45,633 nt of DNA from contig JAUCBJ010001994.1 in NCBI GenBank assembly GCA_032718475.1, positions 1 to 45,633 of the forward strand, read 5' to 3'. This DNA comes from Nemertoderma westbladi. Taxonomy: Eukaryota > Animalia > Xenacoelomorpha. This document shows, piece by piece, positions 36,700 through 45,633 of this stretch. The position numbers and the translations under genes were made by a program. Positions within the stretch are counted from its first letter, which is position 1. Every line of letters starts with the position of its first letter. The notes below the pieces were generated by a model. That model had not been told where the DNA came from and did no database searches. It worked only from the letters and a program-made list of their open reading frames with translations.

Positions 36700-39600
36700 T
36701 CACGTTAGGGAGTCCCTAGATGTTTGAGGAATTAGGGAGGTGGTCGTGGGAAGAGTGTCTTGCCTTCCATAGTTTCCAGAGAGTTCTCTGTCTCTTTCCA
36801 GTAAACATAAACGACCAACTGGGCGATTGAGTTGTTGCGTCTCAAAGATTATGCCTGGCTTCTTAAAGTTACGCCGCATGACGACAAGTTCTACTGAGCG
36901 CACTAAACCATCCTCCGAGATGTGGGTCTCGATGATACGACCTGTCTGCCACCGTTTACGTGGGAGGTCTGGATCTACAATAAGCACCATATCTCCGGCG
37001 CTGACGTTTTCTTGCTGCGCAAACCACTTAGTTCGAAGTTGTAGCGTGGGCAGATAATGTTTCTCGAAATGGTCAGCGAAACGACGGGATAGCAACTGCA
37101 TAAGTTGCCAAGTTCGACGGCAGTATTCGTCTCCGTCGGCAATCTCCGATCGTGGGAGCATGGCTACAGGTTTCTTCAGTAGGAAGTGCGCGGGTGTTAG
37201 CGCTTCCAGGGAATCGGGACTCGATGAGACTGGCATAAGCGGTCTCTCGTTGAGATAGGCAGCTATTTCCTCCATTAACGTCCGCAAAAGTTCGTCGGTG
37301 AGATACGTGCGGCATGGCACTATAAAGTGAAATGCGGTTTTGACACTTCGAATTAATCTCTCCCAACTTCCTCCCCACCAAGGGGCGTCGGCGGCGTTGA
37401 AGGTCCAGCTAGACGCTGTTATCCTTAGCTGGTCGTCCACCTGTCTTTGGTTCCAGTCCTTCACGTAAGCCTGTATTTCGTTGTTGGCACCAATGAAGTT
37501 CGTTCCCTTATCCGATCTCATGGTATTACTCGTCCCGAAGCGAGCGATCTGTCGTCGTAAACTTAAGACGAAGCTGTTGGTAGATAGATCGTTCACCATA
37601 TCGAGATGGATGGCTCTACAAGTCATGCACACGAAGATGACACACCATCTCTTGACTATAGTCCTCGCACAATATACTTCAATAGGGCCAAATAAATCTA
37701 CACCAGTATTAGTAAAAGGTGGTTCATAGAAGCTTACTCGTTCCCTAGGTAATTCTGCCTCTCGCTGTGTTAAAGGCCTACTGAATGCTTTCCTACAGGG
37801 TATGCAGTTCCTAAGAACTTGGTTCAGAGCTCTACGGGGTTTATCAAAATAATAGCGAGTTCGAATTTCGCTAAGAATTCGTTCTCTACCAGCATGATAA
37901 AGTTTACTGTGAACATCTACAATCATCTTGATTTGTACTTCAAGATTTCTAATAAGTATGGGGAATTTGGTGTCAAAGGATAAGGGCGCATTGGTGAGTC
38001 TTCCTCCAACACGTATTAACCCATCTATCATTGTGCTCGAGAATCGATCCCTTAAGCGCATCTGCGGATTTCTTAACAACAGGAAATACTTTTCGGGATC
38101 CTCATAGCATTGCAGGAGTCTCAGTACCTGCTTATTGGTTTCTTCATGTTCCTGGTGACTAATTTTCTCCTTTAGAAAACGGTCAGATGTCTTATATTTG
38201 GGTAAATTTTTAATAACATGAACTTGTGCAGATGTCAATGGAGCGGTATCACTAGTGGTCTTCGTCCTGGAGTAGTGATGATGAAAACATCGTCTTAAAT
38301 ATGTGACGGCTTTACAGAGCCGATTCCAGGAACTGTAATGATGCATTGCTCTCTGCAGCATGGGTGAGATTCCTTCCGAGACGTCTGGTATTCCAGATTT
38401 CCAATCTTTATCTCTAATTTCCACAACAGACTTATTTGTGTTGAGGGATTGTGGATCCGAAGCATCATTCCCGGAAGTATGTAATACAGATAGATCGATA
38501 GTTGGTTTAAATAACTTCGATTTACTCGCCCGGGTTTTAGGTTTGACTGTCTCCGCTCCCTTGGCTTGTCTAATCTCTGCCGTAGTAAGGTGAGGAGGCC
38601 ATTCATCCTCTTCCTTGCTCAGGAAGTCGGGTCCACCCAACCAATCTGGAGTATCTATTAGTTCCTGTGGAGTTGCTCCCCTGGAGGCAATATCGGCTGG
38701 ATTAATCGTACCAGGGCAATATCTCCATTGATCTACATTGGAGTTAATATCGTCATTATCTGAGGAGTATGGTGTTCCCTCAGTTGGATCGTCCACATCA
38801 CTGCTCTCCACTTCCCATTCCTTTACTTGGTATACCTGTTGTTGAGGTAATCTCTCTTTGAGAGTTCTACGGGAAGGGCCAGTGAAGTACCAACCTACTC
38901 TAGTTCTTACCGCATAGGTTTGCAGTGGCTGCGGTTGAGCAGGCCGTTTCTCCAATGTCTCGAGCGTCTCATGCGCGTTTTGGCCGATGAGTATTTGCAC
39001 TCCAGGATAATCTGTCTGGAATCGAGGTATCTTAAGATGTTGGATGCTCTCATCCTCGTCCCAATTATAAAGGTCTGCTTGGGTAGTAGCGAAGTTCTTT
39101 ATAGCCACCATTTTTACCGACCTTATACCTTGTGCTCCTAATTTATCCTGGGGGGTGGACAACACACCTACATAGTAGTCTGCCGTTAGGGTAGATTTCC
39201 AAACCTGCATAATTCCTGACATATTTAATTTAGTCCGGAATTTGGGTTGTCCAGCAAAGATATCTTCGGCTAGTTCTTGATCGATGAATGTTCCTGTGCT
39301 GCCGGAGTCAAGGAGGGTGTTCACTATGTAACTTTTGTTAGGACCATGAACTCTTACCTGCACTACAGGAAATTCTCTGATTCCTATGTTGGAAGTTGGA
39401 GCTTTCCAAGATGATTGTTTGGCAAAAGTAGTTGGGGGAAACTCATCGTTGGTGTCCTTTTCATAAGTAAGTGCTCGATACACTGCGGTATTGATTAGAT
39501 AACAGGATTCGTTGGCGTCGGAGAATTCGTCAGTATAGAATCCTTCCATCTCAGATACTTGATCAGTGTCGTTTACATCACTGAATTGGACATGTAGTTC

Positions 39601-42600
39601 GGGCTCACTTACCTGACTCAGTTTGTCTCGATCGAACTCACTGTGTAACAAGATGTGATGTTTCGCGCCACACTTTGCACACTTTATGTCGGAGTAACAG
39701 GTTCGCCGTTGGTGTCCTGGTCTGAGGCAATTATAACATAACCGCTTGTCCCACACGACAGCACGTCTGTCTACAAGGGATTTCTTTAGAAATTCAGCAC
39801 ACGCACTCAAACGGTGTGTCCCGTCGCACAACGCACAGTTAGGTTTTATGTTACTCACTTTACCTTGGGTAACTTGATGCACTCTCGTTTTTTCTTCGGG
39901 TTTTCTTCGGTGCATTCTGTTAGGAGACTGAGGGGGGGTCTTGGCAACCTGTTCTCTCCTATTGTTGTTTCGAGCCTTGTATTTACTTACATCTTTTGAG
40001 GTTTTGTCAACGTAGTAAGATCTCTCAGTGTCTTTCCCGCTGTCCTCTTCTTGAGAAGCTTGGCTTTCGCCGTCGTCAGTGTAACACACCGGGGTTACTC
40101 TTCTCCTAGAAGCGGGTTTCTCACTTACCTTATTTTCCGATATTTTCTCTCTGGACTGCTTGATGAGTTGTAGTTTTACTTCACTATCTAAGAAGGACAT
40201 GAGATCAGCCATGGTAGGACTTCGTCGTTGTTGTTCATTCATGTACAACACTTTCTTGTCCCAGCGTGTACATACTCCACCCTTTGGTAAAGTAGAGACT
40301 ACTGCTCCAATAACCATGGAACTTTGATATTCATGAGACTTACCTAACCAGTCCAATTGTCTACAGATTTCCTGAATTTCATCGGAAAACTCTATAATCC
40401 CGCTACTAAGGAAGTGTCGGGGGGCTACTAATTTTGCATACAAATACTTAGCTATGTTATCCTTGTTACCATACCTGATGTTTAATGTATCCCATACTTG
40501 TCTTAATCCTTCTGGATGTCCAATAAACTTTAACGCCATTAACCTGGGAGGTCCTTCCAAGCACTTGATGAGGAACCTAAGTTTCTCTCCGTTAGATAGT
40601 ACAGAGTTTTGTATGCTATCTTTGTAATATTCGTTGAAAGGTAACCATTTCATCTCATCTCCATTGAATTTGACGATCTCTCCCACTTTGACCGCTTGGC
40701 GGGCTTCTGTTCTAGCCATCTGACGCGTAAAGCTTTCTTGGGCCATCGTGTTATTTAATATCGAATTATCGGTATATAAATTTCTCGGATCATTGTCAGG
40801 TCTATAAGGAACATCATTAACAACAGGTCTATAATCACCCTTAATAGGGTTTGCTATAGGAGTTTCTACTTCACTAGCAGTATAGATGCGTGTAGGCTCC
40901 ACACCTTGCGCATGTAATACTTCAGACCTAACAGGTTGACACAATTTTACAGGGGGTATTGGTATCCCTTTTTGTATATTGACTAACTTGTCGCGTTCCA
41001 GTGCGATACTTTGCTGCACTTCTTGCAACTCTGCCCTACCTTCCCTTACTGTTCCCTTAAGTTGGTGGACAGTCTCCTGCATCTGTCCGAGCAGGAGATT
41101 CATCCCCCGCCGTCCCTCCTCTACCCACTCGACCGCCGAAGCGGGAGTCGCCAACATTGTAGCGGGCCGACGCTGGACGACGGGAGACAAATCTTTGATT
41201 TCTCTCTCTGCTATCAGGACAGGGATATTCTCTTGGACTGTTCTACCGGGTACAGGCAGTGTAGTACTATGTAAAGGGAATTTAGAGTTAAGCTCTGGAA
41301 GTACAGGGGTCTCTAACACAGAAGTGACTTTGGGAACGACAGGCCTAATTATTTCAGGCTCATCAACTATTGTAGGGAGTCTTTTGACCTGAATAGTTTG
41401 GTATGCGGGTTCCGTACTACCTAAGTCTGTGCTAGCTAGCTGTCTTCTAACAGCTGGGGGCAAATCAGGCAATTTGTGACCGTGAGATGTTTTTCTACGC
41501 CTGCTTAGACGAGATCTATTTCCTCCGCCTTCAGGATCGGTGGTTTCGCTTTCCTCCGATGATGTGTATCCCTGGCGTTTGGGAGTAGATCGTCTCATCA
41601 TCTGCATTTGACTAGCAGTTAACTGTTTATTTATGTTGTCTTGCGTCTCTTGCAGATTTTCCAACTCCAGTTGGGTAGTCTGCTCAGAGGCTCTCCGTTC
41701 TGCTTCTGCCACTGCCTTTGCTGCTTTTCTTTCTGCTTCTGCTTCTGCCGCCGCTGCCTTTCTTTCTACTTCTGCTTCTGCCATAGCCGCCGCCTTTTGT
41801 TCCTCTATCCGTCTTTTCTTTACTTGTTCTTCCTGGACTCTAGCGAGGCGGAGTTTTTCATCAAATTCTGCTTGGTTAGCAGCTAACATTTCAGCATCGA
41901 TTGAGTCTAACACATGTTGGGTTCCTTCACTATTAGGGGAAAGTCCAGACAGCCGTCTCCTCAACTCTTCGTCTCCTAGGAATCGCTGATAGTCGGACAG
42001 ATAAATGTCTATGGCGTCTCTCGTTCGTGGTCTCTCTGCGGTCTCTTCGCCTTCCACTTGAGGAAGGGTGGCATCGGTTGGTTCTTCATAGGTTAGTCTC
42101 TCAGACAGCTGGGATTTCCACTGGTCCGTTTCTTGTACTTTGCGACCTACCCGCTGGAACCAAGTTTTGACAGCAACTTGCAGCGACGTGTCCTGTCTTC
42201 TTTTGGAAGTTTCCTCAAAGGCTGATAGGATTAGTCGAATGCGTAGGGTTCTTTCGCGTACTTGGTATAGCAGTTCTTCTTGCTCTTGAGGTCCTTGGGG
42301 TTGTCGAAACAGTTGTTCTTCTAATCGCTCTAAGGAGCCGAAGAATCCCTGCACATATCCTGCTGCCGACCTCTTCCAAACAGCTGGATCCATCGTATCT
42401 TTAGCCACTCCCATCCTGTGTATATCTTCCCAAGTAGCCTCGGACAGATCTAACGGGAGTCCGGGTCCGGGAAAGTTCCATTGTGACTCGACAATAGACA
42501 TCAATTCTTCCCTGGCGTATCCCGCATAATTATCTTGGGTCGCTCGCTTATTTCTCGCCCAATCGGCTTGATGTTCCTCCACCGCAATCAATATAGTAGT

Positions 42601-42972
42601 TAGCACTGCGGCAGGAAGGGTGAGAAGGGGGTCCGAGTAGGCTTTAGCCGCCATCCGCAATCCGCGTTCGGGGGTCAGCTCAACAGTATCCGAACTACTG
42701 GAGCTATCGGATCGCTGGGAACAAGTTTCTTGACTAGGCTGTTGCTGCTGTGGGACAGCTGCTTCCTGGTTCCGTTTGACTTGGGCCCGAGTGCCGATGA
42801 TAGACCTACGGTGTTGGATTAGCTTAGGGTCCGATACCACTACTGGAGGGATGACTTTTCTTTCAGTAGGAGGTGAGCTGAACTCCTTTCTTAATCGCTC
42901 CACACTCCTATCTGTGTCACAGATGGTTGTATCGATTAGACTGTCTGACAGGTTTTGCTGAGTGTCAGACAT
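36700..42972 (-). CDS. BEL/Pao polyprotein: long N-terminal extension, Gag, protease, RNase H C-terminal stub, integrase; no RT
   Basis: KFNGDEMKWLPF..EKLRFLIKCLEG (Pao Gag); CALC..H..C, CYNC..GH..C, CAKC..HH.LLH; LLDSGS; RTRVGW; QWRYCPGTINPADIASRG; H..H..CIPC, GVDLFGP, SDKGTNF, WWGGSWERLIRSVK, W..GRI..DGLVRSV. Confidence 0.95.
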   Translation of the reverse strand: MSDTQQNLSDSLIDTTICDTDRSVERLRKEFSSPPTERKVIPPVVVSDPKLIQHRRSIIGTRAQVKRNQEAAVPQQQQPSQETCSQRSDSSSSSDTVELTPERGLRMAAKAYSDPLLTLPAAVLTTILIAVEEHQADWARNKRATQDNYAGYAREELMSIVESQWNFPGPGLPLDLSEATWEDIHRMGVAKDTMDPAVWKRSAAGYVQGFFGSLERLEEQLFRQPQGPQEQEELLYQVRERTLRIRLILSAFEETSKRRQDTSLQVAVKTWFQRVGRKVQETDQWKSQLSERLTYEEPTDATLPQVEGEETAERPRTRDAIDIYLSDYQRFLGDEELRRRLSGLSPNSEGTQHVLDSIDAEMLAANQAEFDEKLRLARVQEEQVKKRRIEEQKAAAMAEAEVERKAAAAEAEAERKAAKAVAEAERRASEQTTQLELENLQETQDNINKQLTASQMQMMRRSTPKRQGYTSSEESETTDPEGGGNRSRLSRRRKTSHGHKLPDLPPAVRRQLASTDLGSTEPAYQTIQVKRLPTIVDEPEIIRPVVPKVTSVLETPVLPELNSKFPLHSTTLPVPGRTVQENIPVLIAEREIKDLSPVVQRRPATMLATPASAVEWVEEGRRGMNLLLGQMQETVHQLKGTVREGRAELQEVQQSIALERDKLVNIQKGIPIPPVKLCQPVRSEVLHAQGVEPTRIYTASEVETPIANPIKGDYRPVVNDVPYRPDNDPRNLYTDNSILNNTMAQESFTRQMARTEARQAVKVGEIVKFNGDEMKWLPFNEYYKDSIQNSVLSNGEKLRFLIKCLEGPPRLMALKFIGHPEGLRQVWDTLNIRYGNKDNIAKYLYAKLVAPRHFLSSGIIEFSDEIQEICRQLDWLGKSHEYQSSMVIGAVVSTLPKGGVCTRWDKKVLYMNEQQRRSPTMADLMSFLDSEVKLQLIKQSREKISENKVSEKPASRRRVTPVCYTDDGESQASQEEDSGKDTERSYYVDKTSKDVSKYKARNNNRREQVAKTPPQSPNRMHRRKPEEKTRVHQVTQGKVSNIKPNCALCDGTHRLSACAEFLKKSLVDRRAVVWDKRLCYNCLRPGHQRRTCYSDIKCAKCGAKHHILLHSEFDRDKLSQVSEPELHVQFSDVNDTDQVSEMEGFYTDEFSDANESCYLINTAVYRALTYEKDTNDEFPPTTFAKQSSWKAPTSNIGIREFPVVQVRVHGPNKSYIVNTLLDSGSTGTFIDQELAEDIFAGQPKFRTKLNMSGIMQVWKSTLTADYYVGVLSTPQDKLGAQGIRSVKMVAIKNFATTQADLYNWDEDESIQHLKIPRFQTDYPGVQILIGQNAHETLETLEKRPAQPQPLQTYAVRTRVGWYFTGPSRRTLKERLPQQQVYQVKEWEVESSDVDDPTEGTPYSSDNDDINSNVDQWRYCPGTINPADIASRGATPQELIDTPDWLGGPDFLSKEEDEWPPHLTTAEIRQAKGAETVKPKTRASKSKLFKPTIDLSVLHTSGNDASDPQSLNTNKSVVEIRDKDWKSGIPDVSEGISPMLQRAMHHYSSWNRLCKAVTYLRRCFHHHYSRTKTTSDTAPLTSAQVHVIKNLPKYKTSDRFLKEKISHQEHEETNKQVLRLLQCYEDPEKYFLLLRNPQMRLRDRFSSTMIDGLIRVGGRLTNAPLSFDTKFPILIRNLEVQIKMIVDVHSKLYHAGRERILSEIRTRYYFDKPRRALNQVLRNCIPCRKAFSRPLTQREAELPRERVSFYEPPFTNTGVDLFGPIEVYCARTIVKRWCVIFVCMTCRAIHLDMVNDLSTNSFVLSLRRQIARFGTSNTMRSDKGTNFIGANNEIQAYVKDWNQRQVDDQLRITASSWTFNAADAPWWGGSWERLIRSVKTAFHFIVPCRTYLTDELLRTLMEEIAAYLNERPLMPVSSSPDSLEALTPAHFLLKKPVAMLPRSEIADGDEYCRRTWQLMQLLSRRFADHFEKHYLPTLQLRTKWFAQQENVSAGDMVLIVDPDLPRKRWQTGRIIETHISEDGLVRSVELVVMRRNFKKPGIIFETQQLNRPVGRLCLLERDRELSGNYGRQDTLPTTTSLIPQTSRDSLT

Positions 42973-43074
42973 GTTTAGCTATACAGTTGAATGCTTACTG
43001 CTATAGTTACAGTTAAAGCAAGTCTAGTAATTCAGTATGACCGTTGGCCTAGTACCAGTAATTTATTGCAGTAT

Positions 43075-43330
43075 ATTAGAATACCGGTATGCACTTATAA
43101 TATATATAAGTATTGTAAACTAGTTTTGTCACAGAGTACCGGTATATAAATTTAGCACAAATATATATAAATATATAATAGGCCTATCGTGAATACCGGT
43201 ATACAGCTTACACTTATAGTATATATAAGTATAATTATGAACTAGAATTAATTACAGAATACCGGTATGATTTTAGCTCAAATTTATAGAAATAAATATA
43301 ATAAGCCTATGGTAAATACCGGTATGTCAA
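43075..43330. repeat. Degenerate tandem repeats with five TACCGGTA palindromes in the BEL leader
   Basis: taccggta at 43082, 43137, 43194, 43260 and 43317. Confidence 0.85.
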
Positions 43331-44299
43331 TTATTTTAGAATAATTGAATTTCTGAATATTTTAGGGTTACTTGATTACTTTAACTTACTTTATTACCGT
43401 TATTTAAGCAGTAGTCCAACTGATATTGAGACCTAGTTGTTGTATGGCAGGCCTACTATTTATAAATCGTTTGAGTTGATTTATAATATTTATATACCCG
43501 TTTAAAATGGGTTTTGTCAATATTTGAAATAAATGTTATTATTTCTGGGGTCACTACACAGAAGCTGTGCGCTCTCAATGGAGTGCTACTTATTTGACAC
43601 TAAAACAGATAATTCTAATTTTCCTAAGTTACTTAATACTACAAATTACTTACGATACGGGTGAGATTAATTCTCTAATTAAACACAACAAAAATATTAC
43701 GTACGAAATTTTAGGGTAATTTTACAGGAAGTCTACAAACCAGCCTAACAAAGGGTTAGATTTCTGGTTATTACAACGGACAGGGTACTACGGTATTTGA
43801 AATAATAAGTAGTAGTAAATATATTGCGCTGTCCAGATAGGAAAATACCACCGCCTGACGACCTATAACCGTATCGCTATAGGTACTACGTTATGTATCA
43901 CGGAGTGTTCCTACCTGGAAGTTAATTACCGCGGACTACCAGATCCAGCGTGCCTATTAACCACTTTAAAACACAAATATACTGCCTACACACTAATTAC
44001 TTTCGGAAAGCACTGTACACTAAACCCTAAATTAGGTACAAGTACTGGTACAACAAATAATCAGTAGTTAAATATACTTGAACAGTTAAAAGAACCACGG
44101 CATCTGCTGGAGTGACCGAAGCACAAAGTCACCAGTCTTGTCCTACGCCAAGCAGTCCGTGTAGTACCGGGGTTAATTTAACTATAACGGTATGTGTAAC
44201 AAACACAATTACTGTAGGAATAAACTTGGGGACATGAATGTTGCGAATAATCGCATAAACTCTGAATAATAAATATTACGCTACCCGTACAGAATACTC

Positions 44300-44845
44300 A
44301 AACAAAATACAAACCAAACGCTGGCAGACTACCACCAAGCCTAAATAAACTACTGTATGTGCAGATTCCAAAACGGTTAGTTAGTATGCGTTCTAACACG
44401 GTAGTACGACTTATTCTTTAAGAGGGGATTGACCTTACAGCTATGGCTGCCCCAACTTACTAACTGGCACTTTATCAGACAAACTCTACACAAGCAGCAA
44501 TCTCTTCAGACCTAATAATAGCTAGACAACAATCCAGCCTACAAAATATCTGAGTAATAACTATTACGGTACCTGAACAGACCACACAAACAAACACAGG
44601 CCAAAGCGCTGGCAGAATACTGTCAAGCCTAAATAAACTACAGTATGTGCAGATTCCAAAATTGTTAGTTAGTATGCGTTCTAACACGGTAGTACGACTT
44701 ATTCTTTAAGAGGGGATTGACCTTACAGCTATGGCTGCCCCAACTTACTAACTGGCACTCTATCGGACAAACTCTACACACGCCGTAATCTCTCCAAACC
44801 CAACAACAATCCGACAACAGTCCGGCCTACAATTATCTGAACAAT
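44300..44845. repeat. ~288-bp direct duplication in the BEL leader
   Basis: cgctggcaga...caagcctaaataaactac...ggctgccccaacttactaactggcact at 44319 and 44607. Confidence 0.9.
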
Positions 44846-45012
44846 CTGAGCAGACTTACACATCTTCAGCTCAATATTAACTTACATGTAAATAAAACCG
44901 ACAGAAATGAGTAAAATCTCAATAAAAAACCAGGGCTGCAGTCCCTGATTAAATACTAAGACCTACCTGTATACAATAATCAAAATCGAATAATACTAAT
45001 GTACTTATACTG

Positions 45013-45140
45013 GAAGTACCGGTTAGGACAGTTGGGCCTACGGACCTACAGAAGTACCGGTTCTGACAGTTGGACCTACGGACCTACAGCAGTACCGGTT
45101 CTGGCAGTTGGGCCTACGGACCTACAGAAGTACCGGTTCA
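45013..45140. repeat. 38-bp tandem repeat (~3.4 copies)
   Basis: gtaccggtt at 45016, 45054, 45092 and 45130, with cagttggRcctacggacctacag between them. Confidence 0.92.
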
Positions 45141-45204
45141 GGTTTACCGGTCGACCGGTACTTTCAACTTTATTGCTTACTGCAATAAAGTCAATAACTG
45201 TTAT

Positions 45205-45633
45205 TGTACGCGCTTTTGAAGACCTTTAGCAGTTTAACCTGCCAAAATTTATATGTCTTTTGGTTTATAAATAGACTTTAGAAGATGACAAATATTTAAT
45301 ACCAATAAACACAACATTAGCAGAAGCCAGCCTAGTGCGCGTCCATTCACCCGCTGGATATACCCGGGAGGCTGGATTCTGAGGGCTTAGATTATTATTG
45401 CAGTGTAAGCTTACTGTACTGTATTATTCGATTGATCGTTAATAAATAATTTCTGACTAATATTATTCACTTTCGGGAAATATTAACAGTTCCTTTAGGA
45501 CGTGGCGCTCTATCTAGGTAAACAGAGATATGACTTATACTAATCACAACGGTAAGTCGGTAAGGCTTATGATTCACGTATGAGGCGCATTCTTTAGGAA
45601 ATGCTTAGTTATCAATCACAATCATGCACACTA
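45205..45633 (-). repeat. 3' portion of an LTR (putative 5' LTR of the minus-strand element), cut by the window edge
   Basis: Reverse complement of ~32345-32769 with scattered substitutions; terminal CA at 45205 on the minus strand. Confidence 0.85.

Larger units (their letters stand above)
32770..45633 (-). mobile_element. BEL/Pao LTR retrotransposon lacking RT (extends beyond the window)
   Basis: Minus-strand order: LTR end (45633-45205), 2.2-kb repeat-rich leader, gag-PR-IN ORF, 1.6-kb non-coding region, accessory ORF, PPT (33543-33550), truncated 3' LTR. Confidence 0.9.

Noticed and set aside
36827-42961. Short ORFs overlapping the BEL polyprotein, and those overlapping the RTE RT
   Set aside because: Antisense or alternate-frame shadows of long coding sequence, with no motifs.

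Overview
AT-rich, intron-containing animal (probably invertebrate) genomic DNA dominated by transposable elements. Two host genes can be assembled from splice signals. One is a 3-exon class A (rhodopsin-like, peptide-receptor-like) GPCR (1551-10127, 327 aa). The other is a 2-exon 15-PGDH-like short-chain dehydrogenase (17575-25464, 289 aa). Their introns hold nested elements. GPCR intron 2 has a decayed THAP/P-element containing a MITE that contains a young 5'-truncated RTE LINE. The SDR intron has a Gypsy relic and a hAT-type shell carrying an IS3EU-like integrase element. The right 17 kb holds two tail-to-tail copies of one BEL/Pao LTR retrotransposon family, forming an inverted repeat with ~3.56-kb arms. 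This family is the most unusual feature, for three reasons. (1) Its intact 2090-aa polyprotein has Gag, protease and integrase but no reverse transcriptase. (2) It carries a non-env accessory ORF 3' of pol with three CCHC knuckles. Both copies share one in-frame TGA in this ORF, yet the codons just downstream differ mostly synonymously, so it is a candidate for stop readthrough. (3) The putative 5' LTR has no tRNA-type PBS; it is followed by an 11-mer complementary to a site inside the LTR, a candidate for self-priming. All alignments were made by eye.
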